DNA of 20,000 nucleotides from the IMG/VR virus record IMGVR_UViG_3300010885_010158. The stretch is one strand, 5' to 3'. The translations under genes were made by a program, and so were the position numbers. Below the pieces are notes generated by a model. It was given only the letters and a program-made list of their open reading frames with translations, was not told the origin of the DNA and did no database searches. Of the stretch, positions 1 to 8,096 are shown in pieces (position 1 is the first letter of the stretch; each line of letters begins with the position of its first letter). This stretch comes from an uncultured virus (IMG/VR IMGVR_UViG_3300010885_010158) (Duplodnaviria; Heunggongvirae; Uroviricota; Caudoviricetes).

Positions 1-1039
1 TCATGGCGCATTCTTACCAGAATTGGCACCTATAAAGATGTCCAATCTATGTTGCGAAATCGATTTACCTACTAAACCTTTAACATCATCGGAGGATACA
101 AATGGAGAAATCAGTCTGTGCACTTTGTCGGCCATCAATTGGGGACTCATCAACGAACCAAAAGAATTTGAAAAATATTGCGAGCTTGCAGTCAGAGCTC
201 TCGACAACCTCCTCGACTATCAACAATACCCAGTCTTGGCAGCAGAGAGATCAACCAAAGATCGCCGTCCTCTTGGTGTCGGCATCATCAACCTCGCGTA
301 CTTCTTGGCAAAACGAGGACTTAAATACAACGATGCAGCCCTCACAACGATAGACGAATATGCAGAAGCATGGTCATATTATTTGATTAAAGCTTCTAAT
401 GATTTAGCTAAAGAAAAAGGTGCATGTCCTAAAAATCATGAGACTAAGTATTCACTTGGAAAAACTCCGAATGATACATATAAGAAAGAAGTAGATGAGT
501 TAGTACCACATAGTGAAAGATTAGATTGGAAAACATTGCGAAACGATCTACGCACACATGGTATTCGTAACTCAACACTGATGGCATTAATGCCTGCAGA
601 AACTTCAGCTCAAATTAGTAACTCAACAAATGGTATCGAACCACCACGTGCTTTAGTTTCGTTTAAACAATCTAAAAATGGTGTAATGGCTCAAGTCGTT
701 CCAGGTTTTTATAAATTAAAAAATCAATATGACTTACTATGGGATCAGAAATCTCCTGAAGGTTATTTAAAGATTTGTGCAATACTCCAAAAGTATATTG
801 ACATGGGTATTTCTGTTAATACATCATATAACCCAGAAAATTATGAAGATCATAAAGTCTCGATGGCTGATATGATTAAACACTTGGTTATGTTTTATAA
901 GTATGGTGGTAAACAACTATATTATTTCAACACCTATGACGGTGCTGGTGAACTTCATGAAAAAGAATTCAAAGCAATAGAAGCACAGCTCGCTGAACCC
1001 GTTGATGGTGAAGACGACTGTGATTCATGCAAAATATAA
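1..1039 (+). CDS. nrdA: Ribonucleotide reductase class Ia alpha subunit, C-terminal part (5' truncated by the window; frame starts at nt 2)
   Basis: SNLCCEI active-site motif, RRPLGVGIINLA, MPAETSAQISNSTNGIEP, KQLYY and C-terminal CDSC redox pair. Confidence 0.97.
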   Translation, partial: HGAFLPELAPIKMSNLCCEIDLPTKPLTSSEDTNGEISLCTLSAINWGLINEPKEFEKYCELAVRALDNLLDYQQYPVLAAERSTKDRRPLGVGIINLAYFLAKRGLKYNDAALTTIDEYAEAWSYYLIKASNDLAKEKGACPKNHETKYSLGKTPNDTYKKEVDELVPHSERLDWKTLRNDLRTHGIRNSTLMALMPAETSAQISNSTNGIEPPRALVSFKQSKNGVMAQVVPGFYKLKNQYDLLWDQKSPEGYLKICAILQKYIDMGISVNTSYNPENYEDHKVSMADMIKHLVMFYKYGGKQLYYFNTYDGAGELHEKEFKAIEAQLAEPVDGEDDCDSCKI

Positions 1040-1188
1040 AAGAACTAGCTACAAAAAGATACGAGATCTGTTCTAAGTGTCCTAAGAAAACAGATCTATT
1101 AAAAATAGAACGTTGTAAAGCATGCGGGTGCGTAATTTTATTTAAGATTATAGCACCCACATCTAATTGTCCTTTAGGAAAATGGTAA
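1027..1188 (+). CDS. Small Cys-rich putative Zn-binding protein, 53 aa (DUF6171-like); not in ORF track
   Basis: MQNIKELATKRYEICSKCPKKTDLLKIERCKACGCVILFKIIAPTSNCPLGKW; RxxICxxC, CxxCGC and CPxxKW motifs; fills the nrdA-nrdB gap and its stop abuts the nrdB ATG. Confidence 0.8.
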   Translation: MQNIKELATKRYEICSKCPKKTDLLKIERCKACGCVILFKIIAPTSNCPLGKW

Positions 1189-2313
1189 ATGTCATCAGTA
1201 TTTAAATTAAAAACAACGAGTCACCTCGAATCTCCTATGTTTTTTGGAGAGTCAGTAGATATAGCAAGATATGATACAGTTAGATACCCACAGTTTGAGA
1301 AGATTACAGATAAACAACTAGGTTTCTTTTGGAGACCTGAAGAAGTAGATCTATCTAGTGATCGTAAAGATTTCCATGATTTAAATGATTTTGAACAACA
1401 CATCTTTACATCAAATTTAAAACGCCAAATTTTATTAGATTCTGTACAAGGTAGATCACCGAATCTGGCATTTTTACCTATGGCTTCAGTACCAGAATTA
1501 GAAGTAATGGTTGAAACATGGGCATTTTTCGAGACGATTCACTCACGTTCTTACACACATATAATTAGGAACATCTACGCAAATCCTTCTAAAGTATTTG
1601 ACGAAATTAAAACTATACAACCTATTTTAGATTGCGCTGAAGATATTTCTAAGTATTACGATGACTTCATTACAGCTTCGCGTTACTATGAAATGCTTGG
1701 TGTTGGAATTCATACAATTAACGGTGAAACTATTAACGTAGATCTCTATGAATTAAAGAAAAAATTATTCCTTTGTTTGTTGAGTGTATACATACTTGAA
1801 GGTATTCGTTTTTATGTTTCATTTGCATGTTCTTGGGCATTCGCTGAACTTAAAAAAATGGAAGGCAATGCCAAGATTATTAAGTTTATTGCACGCGATG
1901 AGAATGTGCATTTAGCAGCAAGCACTAGCATTATTAAACATCTTATTAAAGATGATAAAGATATCGAACGTATTCGCCAAGAAACTGAAAAAGAAATTAA
2001 CGATATGTTTGTATCTGCAATAGAACAAGAAAAAGAATGGTCTAAGCATTTATTTAAAGATGGCTCGATGATTGGTTTGAATGAAAAATTATTAGCCGAT
2101 TACGTCGAGTGGATTGGTTGTCGTCGTATGCGTACATTAGGATACCATTGTCCATACACAGTTTCACAATCAAATCCACTCCCTTGGACAGAGAAATGGA
2201 TTTCAGGAGGTAACGTACAAGTTGCACCTCAAGAAACTGAGATCACATCATATATAACTGGTGGTGTTAAACAAGATGCTACCGCAGACTCATTGAAAGG
2301 TTTATCGCTGTAA
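1189..2313 (+). CDS. nrdB: Ribonucleotide reductase class Ia beta subunit
   Basis: FFWRPEEVD, LLDSVQGR, ETIHSRSY (radical Tyr), EGIRFYVSF, RDENVH di-iron ligands, VAPQETEITSY tail; uninterrupted. Confidence 0.97.
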   Translation: MSSVFKLKTTSHLESPMFFGESVDIARYDTVRYPQFEKITDKQLGFFWRPEEVDLSSDRKDFHDLNDFEQHIFTSNLKRQILLDSVQGRSPNLAFLPMASVPELEVMVETWAFFETIHSRSYTHIIRNIYANPSKVFDEIKTIQPILDCAEDISKYYDDFITASRYYEMLGVGIHTINGETINVDLYELKKKLFLCLLSVYILEGIRFYVSFACSWAFAELKKMEGNAKIIKFIARDENVHLAASTSIIKHLIKDDKDIERIRQETEKEINDMFVSAIEQEKEWSKHLFKDGSMIGLNEKLLADYVEWIGCRRMRTLGYHCPYTVSQSNPLPWTEKWISGGNVQVAPQETEITSYITGGVKQDATADSLKGLSL

Positions 2314-2555
2314 TGAAAATTTATACAAGAACAGTTTGCCCTTATTGTGATCAAGCAAAAGCTTTGTTAGATTCAAAAGGAATTAGTTATGAAGCCATAA
2401 ATATAGAAGACGACGCAGATGCTAGGAATTTCTTAGCAACTCAAGGTCTTAGATCAGTACCACAAATCTATGAAGAAAGTACATTGATTGGTGGATTAAA
2501 TAAACTAAAAGAGTGGATATCCATTCAAGAAATTACATCTCAGATAAAATTATGA
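2313..2555 (+). CDS. Glutaredoxin (NrdC/Grx-like)
   Basis: CPYC active site, RSVPQI, IGG; coupled to nrdB by a TAATG overlap. Confidence 0.93.
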   Translation: MKIYTRTVCPYCDQAKALLDSKGISYEAINIEDDADARNFLATQGLRSVPQIYEESTLIGGLNKLKEWISIQEITSQIKL

Positions 2556-2743
2556 CAGAAAAAATACACGAATGTTTAGAATGTGGCGCTGAAGCTACCA
2601 TAAAATATGACTATGATTCAGTCATAGAAGAACCACAATATTGTCCATTCTGTGGATCATCATATATACAAGAGGAATTAGAAGATGATGTTAACCTCTT
2701 GAAAGGTGATGGTTTCGATGATGACATGGATTTACAATGGTAA
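2552..2743 (+). CDS. Small Zn-ribbon protein with acidic tail
   Basis: CLECG and CPFCG pairs, D/E-rich C-terminus; ATGA overlap with the glutaredoxin stop gives start 2552. Confidence 0.8.
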   Translation: MTEKIHECLECGAEATIKYDYDSVIEEPQYCPFCGSSYIQEELEDDVNLLKGDGFDDDMDLQW

Positions 2744-3149
2744 GCCTTACGAATTAGGCGAGCAGACGCATAAAGAAGTATATGGTTTCGTTTACGTAAT
2801 TACTGATTTAAAAACAAATAAACAGTATGTAGGTAAGAAACTATTTTGGTCTAGCAGAACTAAACAAGTTAAAGGTAAGAAAAAGCGGCTTAAAGTAGAA
2901 TCAGATTGGAAAACCTATTTTGGTTCCAATAAACTATTACTTGAAGAACTTGAAAAGAACGGCGCAGATAATTATAAGCGAGAGATCCTTCACCTATGTG
3001 CAGGAAAGGGCGAATGTAATTATTTAGAAGCACATGAACAGTTTACTCGCGGAGTATTAACTAGCGACCAATACTACAATGATTGGATAATGGTTAAAGT
3101 TCATAGAGCTCACATAAAGGGTTTACAGCAGGCAAAAACTGTGGTATAA
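2721..3149 (+). CDS. Stand-alone GIY-YIG family nuclease
   Basis: GFVY...QYVGKK motif, WKTYFGS, conserved E and YYN; nuclease domain only. Confidence 0.85.
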   Translation: MTWIYNGKPYELGEQTHKEVYGFVYVITDLKTNKQYVGKKLFWSSRTKQVKGKKKRLKVESDWKTYFGSNKLLLEELEKNGADNYKREILHLCAGKGECNYLEAHEQFTRGVLTSDQYYNDWIMVKVHRAHIKGLQQAKTVV

Positions 3150-3150
3150 T
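3122..3150 (+). promoter_or_regulatory. sigma70-like early promoter
   Basis: TTTACA-17 nt-TATAAT with TG extended -10, 7 nt before the rnh ATG. Confidence 0.75.
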
Positions 3151-3157
3151 ATAGATT

Positions 3158-4009
3158 ATGATTATTATTGATTATTCGCAAATTTCCATCGCATCTTTCT
3201 ATGCTCAGCCTAATGCTGAACTTAATGAAGACTTTCTAAGACACATGATTCTTAATAGTATTAGAATGTATTCGCATAAGTTTAAGAAAGAATACGGTGA
3301 TATAGTTATTGCATGCGATGGTGGAAAATCTTGGCGTAAAGGTTATTTTCCTCAGTATAAGGCTCATCGTAAGAAAGCTCGTGAGGATAGCGGTTTAGAT
3401 TGGAATTTATTCTATGAATACTTGAATCAGATACGCGAAGAGATTAAAGAAAACTTTCCATATAAAGTTATTCATTTAGAACACATAGAAGCTGATGACG
3501 TTATAGGAACTCTGGTTAAAGAGACACAAGAATTTGGTAAAAATGAACCAGTAATGATCATATCATCTGATAAAGATTTTATTCAATTACAGAAATATAA
3601 AAATGTTAAACAGTTCTCACCAGTCCAGAAGAAAATGGTTACAGATACCAACCCCAACTTATACTTATTTGAGCATGTTCTTCGTGGCGATAGCGGTGAT
3701 GGTATTCCTAATGTCCTATCTGCTGATACTACCTTTGTGGATGGTTTACGACAAACTCCTCTCACTCAGAAAAAGATTGATGCGTGGTTAGAAAAAGCTG
3801 AAGATATCAAATCAGCAATGGATGATGAGACGTATAGAAATTATCAAAGGAATAAAACATTGATTGATCTTGACATGATTCCAAAGGATTATGTAGACTC
3901 AATCAAGTATTCATATGATAACCAAACACCAGCACCTCGTGCAAGAATGTTAGATTATCTTATTAAGAAGCGTTGTAAAATGTTAGTAGAATCTATAAGC
4001 GAATTTTAA
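3158..4009 (+). CDS. rnh: T4-type RNase H / 5'-3' exonuclease (FEN family)
   Basis: IIIDYSQI, SWRK..FP.YKA.R, EADDVI, SSDKDFIQL, GDSGDGIPN motifs. Confidence 0.93.
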   Translation: MIIIDYSQISIASFYAQPNAELNEDFLRHMILNSIRMYSHKFKKEYGDIVIACDGGKSWRKGYFPQYKAHRKKAREDSGLDWNLFYEYLNQIREEIKENFPYKVIHLEHIEADDVIGTLVKETQEFGKNEPVMIISSDKDFIQLQKYKNVKQFSPVQKKMVTDTNPNLYLFEHVLRGDSGDGIPNVLSADTTFVDGLRQTPLTQKKIDAWLEKAEDIKSAMDDETYRNYQRNKTLIDLDMIPKDYVDSIKYSYDNQTPAPRARMLDYLIKKRCKMLVESISEF

Positions 4010-4011
4010 AT

Positions 4012-4446
4012 ATGGCCAAAAAATTACTTGTCACCGAAATGTTAGAAGCTGTCGCTAAGGCGGAAGCACGCAAAGAAAAACTTGAACTGTTAAAACATTT
4101 CAATTGTTTAGAACTTCGTGATATCCTTAAAGGAGCTTTTGACGACACTATCGAATTCACTCTTCCAAAAGGAGTTCCTCCTATCAATGAAGATGAAAAG
4201 AAAAATTATGACAAGACTCGTTTATTGTCAGAGACCAAAAAGTTTAGATACTTTGTTAAAGGTGGTCCTGGAGATCAAGTTAACAGAGTCCGTAGAGAGA
4301 AAATGTTTATAGATATATTATACAGAATAGATTCAAAAGAGATTCCGCTTATATGCCATATGAAAGATAAAACACTTGATGGCGTATATAAAGGTGTCAC
4401 TAAAAAATTAGTTCAAGAAGCATTTCCAGGACTCATTATTAAATAA
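4012..4446 (+). CDS. Conserved T4-like phage hypothetical protein (DUF6433-like)
   Basis: LP.G.PP, RRE.MFI, KD..L...YKG.TK.LV..AFP pattern; 2 nt after rnh. Confidence 0.7.
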   Translation: MAKKLLVTEMLEAVAKAEARKEKLELLKHFNCLELRDILKGAFDDTIEFTLPKGVPPINEDEKKNYDKTRLLSETKKFRYFVKGGPGDQVNRVRREKMFIDILYRIDSKEIPLICHMKDKTLDGVYKGVTKKLVQEAFPGLIIK

Positions 4447-4455
4447 ATATAGTAT

Positions 4456-4491
4456 ATGCTTGCACGCACCCCATCAACCCGTAAGGCCTAG
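4456..4491 (+). other. Candidate 11-codon uORF (MLARTPSTRKA) ending within a terminator stem
   Basis: ATG 4456 just after a late-promoter-like AATAAATA (4442-4449); TAG 4489-4491 lies in the 5' arm of the hairpin. Confidence 0.35.
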
Positions 4492-4517
4492 ATTCCCGAC
4501 AGATCTAGGCCTTTTTT
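4483..4517 (+). terminator. Intrinsic terminator
   Basis: 11-bp perfect stem AAGGCCTAGAT/ATCTAGGCCTT, 9-nt loop, T-run. Confidence 0.85.
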
Positions 4518-4591
4518 GCTTTAGGAGAACGATAGACTAATTAACTTTTATATCATGTGATTTTTAACCTTTCAACTTCACGGAGATATGC

Positions 4592-4771
4592 ATGTTTTTT
4601 TCCAATTTAGAAAAATTAAAACGCGATTCGAGAGAGCTCGGACATTTTATACAAAAAATGCGAAAACGAGGGCGAAGCGATATTGCTGGTAGGCTTAAAA
4701 TAAAAAAAGCACAGATAGATTCACATGTTCAACAATACACAGAAGAAAAAAGAGTTAATTTAGTCAATTAG
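4592..4771 (+). CDS. Small basic hypothetical protein, 59 aa; not in ORF track
   Basis: GGAG SD at 4582; MFFSNLEKLKRDSRELGHFIQKMRKRGRSDIAGRLKIKKAQIDSHVQQYTEEKRVNLVN; followed by a terminator. Confidence 0.7.
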   Translation: MFFSNLEKLKRDSRELGHFIQKMRKRGRSDIAGRLKIKKAQIDSHVQQYTEEKRVNLVN

Positions 4772-4793
4772 TAAAGGCGGTGATCGAATATCT

Positions 4794-4824
4794 CGGGAGG
4801 TTCACAAAACCTCCCGTTATTTTT
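4794..4824 (+). terminator. Intrinsic terminator
   Basis: 9-bp stem CGGGAGGTT/AACCTCCCG followed by TTATTTTT. Confidence 0.75.
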
Positions 4825-4847
4825 ACAAACCCAAAAGGAGATACATT

Positions 4848-4976
4848 ATGGAAGATAAAAAAGAAATAAAACAAATAGAAGAAGTAAAAGAAGAAATACA
4901 ACCAGAAATACCGTGCAAAGATGATGATAAAGCTTGCACTCGCAGATGGATAGATTCTCTTAGTGACTGCGCATGA
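4848..4976 (+). CDS. Small acidic Cys-containing protein, 42 aa; not in ORF track
   Basis: AAAGGAG SD; MEDKKEIKQIEEVKEEIQPEIPCKDDDKACTRRWIDSLSDCA; ATGA overlap with the next ORF. Confidence 0.75.
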   Translation: MEDKKEIKQIEEVKEEIQPEIPCKDDDKACTRRWIDSLSDCA

Positions 4977-5230
4977 TAGTTGAATTTGCTATGGTAAGTG
5001 CCATGTATGTGGCTGATATTTCAACTGCAGCGGATTATATCAATCCTATCACCATCGTTGTGAAAGGCGGAGAAAAATTAATAGATCATATTGATAAATC
5101 TTCTAAAAAGAAAGAACAACTTCTCCCTAAAGAAATAACAGACAAATTTAATTCATGGGAAAAAGAAGATTGGTATAAAGACGATAAGAATAAAGATATG
5201 TGGGATCCTAACTGGATAAAAAAGTCTTAG
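4973..5230 (+). CDS. Hypothetical protein
   Basis: 85-aa ORF coupled to the upstream ORF. Confidence 0.65.
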   Translation: MIVEFAMVSAMYVADISTAADYINPITIVVKGGEKLIDHIDKSSKKKEQLLPKEITDKFNSWEKEDWYKDDKNKDMWDPNWIKKS

Positions 5231-5236
5231 CGCCTA

Positions 5237-5265
5237 TGTACAACGAGTTATTTTCATGGTATAAT
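5237..5265 (+). promoter_or_regulatory. sigma70-like early promoter
   Basis: TGTACA-17 nt-TATAAT with TG extension. Confidence 0.8.
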
Positions 5266-5272
5266 ATTAACT

Positions 5273-5608
5273 ATGATTATACACGCTCCAGCAATCAAAA
5301 GTAAAAAACGCAAGCCTAACGCTAAACAACGAGCTTTAGCTGAATCTTGGCAAGCGATGCTCAAAAAATACGAAACCAAACCAGTACCAAAGTCTGTTAA
5401 GCTTATGCAGTCTACTAAGGCATACGTACGCGAGACACCTCGCTATCCATCGCTTAATAGCGGTGTTGGTTCTTGTACCAAACCCGTTCAAGGCAAAGTC
5501 TACACCGGCACAGCAATGATCGGTATCGGCACACTACACAAATCTAATGCAGTACCTATCTTTAGCGCTGAAGAAGCTATTGAGATCTCTAAGATGCGTC
5601 GTGGTTAA
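5273..5608 (+). CDS. Basic conserved phage hypothetical protein
   Basis: YTG...IGI..LHKSNAVPI...EA..ISKMRR C-terminal pattern recognised from T4-like phages; directly after a promoter. Confidence 0.75.
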   Translation: MIIHAPAIKSKKRKPNAKQRALAESWQAMLKKYETKPVPKSVKLMQSTKAYVRETPRYPSLNSGVGSCTKPVQGKVYTGTAMIGIGTLHKSNAVPIFSAEEAIEISKMRRG

Positions 5609-5710
5609 TCTCAGATTTTTTCCTAAAGTAAAACAGCGCGGGTGACACCCCCGGCCCCCTAACGCACCCAGGATTTAGGGCCCCTAAAAATATATTTAAA
5701 AAGCTAATAA

Positions 5711-5723
5711 AATCAACGACTTG
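5711..5723 (+). promoter_or_regulatory. IHF consensus site
   Basis: AATCAACGACTTG matches WATCAANNNNTTR; AT-tract upstream; 17 nt before a -35 box. Confidence 0.5.
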
Positions 5724-5740
5724 CAAGGCCAGGGGCCCTA

Positions 5741-5769
5741 TGTACAAACAGCGAGAAACGTGGTATAAT
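5741..5769 (+). promoter_or_regulatory. sigma70-like early promoter
   Basis: TGTACA-17 nt-TATAAT with TG extension. Confidence 0.8.
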
Positions 5770-5800
5770 ATTCCTATACAATGAAAAAAGGACAAATTAT

Positions 5801-6187
5801 ATGATACTCGTTATTAGAACACAGTTTATGGAAAACTACGGTGCACACGATTGGGACGGTGAAGGTGAATGTCCGCAATATTGGAAGATGAAAGGTGGTT
5901 CAGAGTACATGATTGACAATGTACCACTTAACATCGATTATGCAGCAGTGGTCGAAATGGCTGAAGTTGAGAAAAATAACGAGTATGTTCGCGAATATAT
6001 TCTTGATTGGTCACTCGAAAGCGATGACTATATGTCATGGTTTGAGAAGTCTCAACTTGAGTATGATGGCAAGATTTCGTGTAAAGAACCACGTCTTGAC
6101 TATAACGAACTAAACGATCGTTATACAGATCCAATGGAATATGCAGAGATGTGTGCAGATAATGACGCAATCGCTTATGGAGCTTAA
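5801..6187 (+). CDS. Acidic phage hypothetical protein
   Basis: AAAGGA SD; TQFMENYGAHDWDG...QYWKMKGG motif. Confidence 0.8.
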   Translation: MILVIRTQFMENYGAHDWDGEGECPQYWKMKGGSEYMIDNVPLNIDYAAVVEMAEVEKNNEYVREYILDWSLESDDYMSWFEKSQLEYDGKISCKEPRLDYNELNDRYTDPMEYAEMCADNDAIAYGA

Positions 6188-6188
6188 T

Positions 6189-6416
6189 ATGAAAACATAT
6201 AAAGGTGTTGAATACAACACTCGTCACGGTGGTCCATTCGATCGCGGATCCGCTGATAGTTGGTACAGTCGTGGCATCAATCCTCATTATTATGTTGGTG
6301 ACACACATATGACTACTAGGATTGATCTAGTCGACATGAGTAAAAAAGAGATAGAAGACTATCTCGCTGGTTTCAATTATAATGAAGAATTTGGTGGAAA
6401 AAAGGAGTATGATTAA
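6189..6416 (+). CDS. Phage hypothetical protein
   Basis: GGAG SD before ATG 6189; RHGGPFDRGSADSWY motif. Confidence 0.8.
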   Translation: MKTYKGVEYNTRHGGPFDRGSADSWYSRGINPHYYVGDTHMTTRIDLVDMSKKEIEDYLAGFNYNEEFGGKKEYD

Positions 6417-6619
6417 TGTTAGCTTATTGTGATTATATGGCGAAAGTCATTCATGATTCTTTGAAAAAAGATGCATATGAATATGGTACATTCGTAGACT
6501 CAGTTGGTAAAGTGAATTGGGATCTTGGCGAAAAAGGCGAATTTTTATCAACTAAAAAAACTATGTCTGTGATTGATAGAAATGGTAAATCGTATCGTAT
6601 AACTGTTGAGGAGCTTTAA
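6416..6619 (+). CDS. Hypothetical protein
   Basis: AGGAG SD, TAATG overlap. Confidence 0.75.
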   Translation: MLAYCDYMAKVIHDSLKKDAYEYGTFVDSVGKVNWDLGEKGEFLSTKKTMSVIDRNGKSYRITVEEL

Positions 6620-6620
6620 A

Positions 6621-7007
6621 ATGGGTTTAGATATGTACGCGTTCTCTGTGCGCAAAGAAGATGCAATTGGAGATTTTGAATGTAAAACCGACAACGATGG
6701 TGGTGAGCATAAAGAAATTGCTTATTGGCGTAAGTTTAATGCTTTGCACGGTTGGATGGAAAAATTGTATCGCGAAAAAGGCGGAGACAAAGAATCTTTT
6801 AATTGTGTACCTGTACGCTTAACAGAAGACGATCTGATACGATTAGATCTTGATCTCATCAATGAAAATTTACAACCAACATCTGGATTCTTTTTTGGAG
6901 AACAAGAGATTGAAGATTATCAATTAGAATCTGCTCATGAATTTCTTGCTAAAGCGAGAGATGAGATTGATGCAGGTCGCGAAGTTTATTATGATTCATG
7001 GTGGTAA
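6621..7007 (+). CDS. Phage hypothetical protein (MGLDMY...YWRK...YDSWW type)
   Basis: GAGGAG SD; MGLDMY start, YWRKFNALHGW, GFFFG, C-terminal SWW. Confidence 0.8.
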   Translation: MGLDMYAFSVRKEDAIGDFECKTDNDGGEHKEIAYWRKFNALHGWMEKLYREKGGDKESFNCVPVRLTEDDLIRLDLDLINENLQPTSGFFFGEQEIEDYQLESAHEFLAKARDEIDAGREVYYDSWW

Positions 7008-7008
7008 T

Positions 7009-7224
7009 ATGATACGAGAAAAACAACTTACACACACTCCTATAATTGATCTTACAGGTCCAGAAGGCAATGCATTTTGTCTAATGGGTTATGCGAAGAA
7101 ATTTGCACGACAGCTTGAATTAGATGGAGATAGTATCATCAATGAAATGAAAGCAGGAAACTATGAACATTTAGTCTCTACTTTTGATAAACACTTTGGC
7201 GAATACGTTATTCTTGAGCGATGA
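7009..7224 (+). CDS. Phage hypothetical protein
   Basis: IDLTGPEGNAF motif; starts 1 nt after the previous stop. Confidence 0.75.
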   Translation: MIREKQLTHTPIIDLTGPEGNAFCLMGYAKKFARQLELDGDSIINEMKAGNYEHLVSTFDKHFGEYVILER

Positions 7225-7343
7225 TAGATAAACTATACATTTGGCTATGTAGACACAAAAAATTACACGCTTTATATTACCAGTGTACTTTTGCCGAATG
7301 GTGTGGTATAATATTATTAATTACTTGGATGTTACTCGCATGA
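7221..7343 (+). CDS. Small hydrophobic protein, 40 aa; not in ORF track
   Basis: MIDKLYIWLCRHKKLHALYYQCTFAEWCGIILLITWMLLA; ATGA overlaps at both ends. Confidence 0.5.
   Translation: MIDKLYIWLCRHKKLHALYYQCTFAEWCGIILLITWMLLA
7284..7312 (+). promoter_or_regulatory. sigma70-like early promoter
   Basis: TGTACT-17 nt-TATAAT with TG extension. Confidence 0.7.
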
Positions 7344-7627
7344 ATGAATTTTTTGGACCAACGTTGCAATGGATAAAAGATGACTGGAATTCTAATCCCT
7401 TTAGGTTTTTTATTGAGTTGCTCGCTTGGGCTATTAGTATTGGTTGCAGTATTACGATGGCAGTCACAGTTCCCAATCCTCCTTTACTTGTATTATATCC
7501 TATCTGGATTAGTGGCTGTGCTCTTTATGCTTGGGCTAGTTATACTCGGAAATCATTTGGGATGTTGGCTAACTACCTTTTGTTAGTTACAGTTGATGCA
7601 ATTGGACTCTTAAGGATGGTCTTGTGA
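7340..7627 (+). CDS. Small multi-pass membrane protein (about 3 TM)
   Basis: Three hydrophobic segments; start reassigned to ATG 7340 downstream of the promoter. Confidence 0.75.
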   Translation: MNEFFGPTLQWIKDDWNSNPFRFFIELLAWAISIGCSITMAVTVPNPPLLVLYPIWISGCALYAWASYTRKSFGMLANYLLLVTVDAIGLLRMVL

Positions 7628-7851
7628 TTCATAGAATAAAATTCATAGCATTATACTTATTTGCTATTAGTGGTCTAATAACATGGCTTACGTTCATGTT
7701 TCAATACACGAGTTCAAGAGAAAGAGTAATAATTTATGATTGTACAATAGCCGAAATTTCTCCAGATTTTCCACAACAAGTAAAAGAAGATTGTAGAAAA
7801 CTATTTTTAGAAGATAATACTAAAAGATCAAATAATACCATGAGGACTTGA
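7624..7851 (+). CDS. Single-TM protein with Cys pair
   Basis: N-terminal TM then YDCTIAEISPDFP...CR; GTGA overlap. Confidence 0.65.
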   Translation: MIHRIKFIALYLFAISGLITWLTFMFQYTSSRERVIIYDCTIAEISPDFPQQVKEDCRKLFLEDNTKRSNNTMRT

Positions 7852-7853
7852 AA

Positions 7854-8096
7854 ATGTCGAATGAAGATCATAAACTTAAACATTCTAAACGAATCTACAA
7901 AAAAGAAACAAAGATTAAGCGTCAAGTTAATATTGCAAAAGAACACAGTGTACCTGTATCTGAACCACATAAATTTATTAAACATAATGCTATGAATTGC
8001 GGCAATCCTAATTGTATGCTGTGCGGAAACCCTCGTAAAATCTGGGGAGAGAAAACTATGCAAGAGAAAAAATTTGAGGAGAGATTAAATGAATAA
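7854..8096 (+). CDS. Basic Cys/His-rich hypothetical protein
   Basis: GAGGA SD; CGNPNCMLCGNPRK motif, TMQEKKF. Confidence 0.75.
   Translation: MSNEDHKLKHSKRIYKKETKIKRQVNIAKEHSVPVSEPHKFIKHNAMNCGNPNCMLCGNPRKIWGEKTMQEKKFEERLNE

Noticed and set aside
2721..3149. Intron-encoded homing endonuclease, or intron/intein in the nrd genes
   Set aside because: nrdB and the visible part of nrdA are continuous, and the GIY-YIG ORF is a free-standing single domain without DNA-binding repeats.
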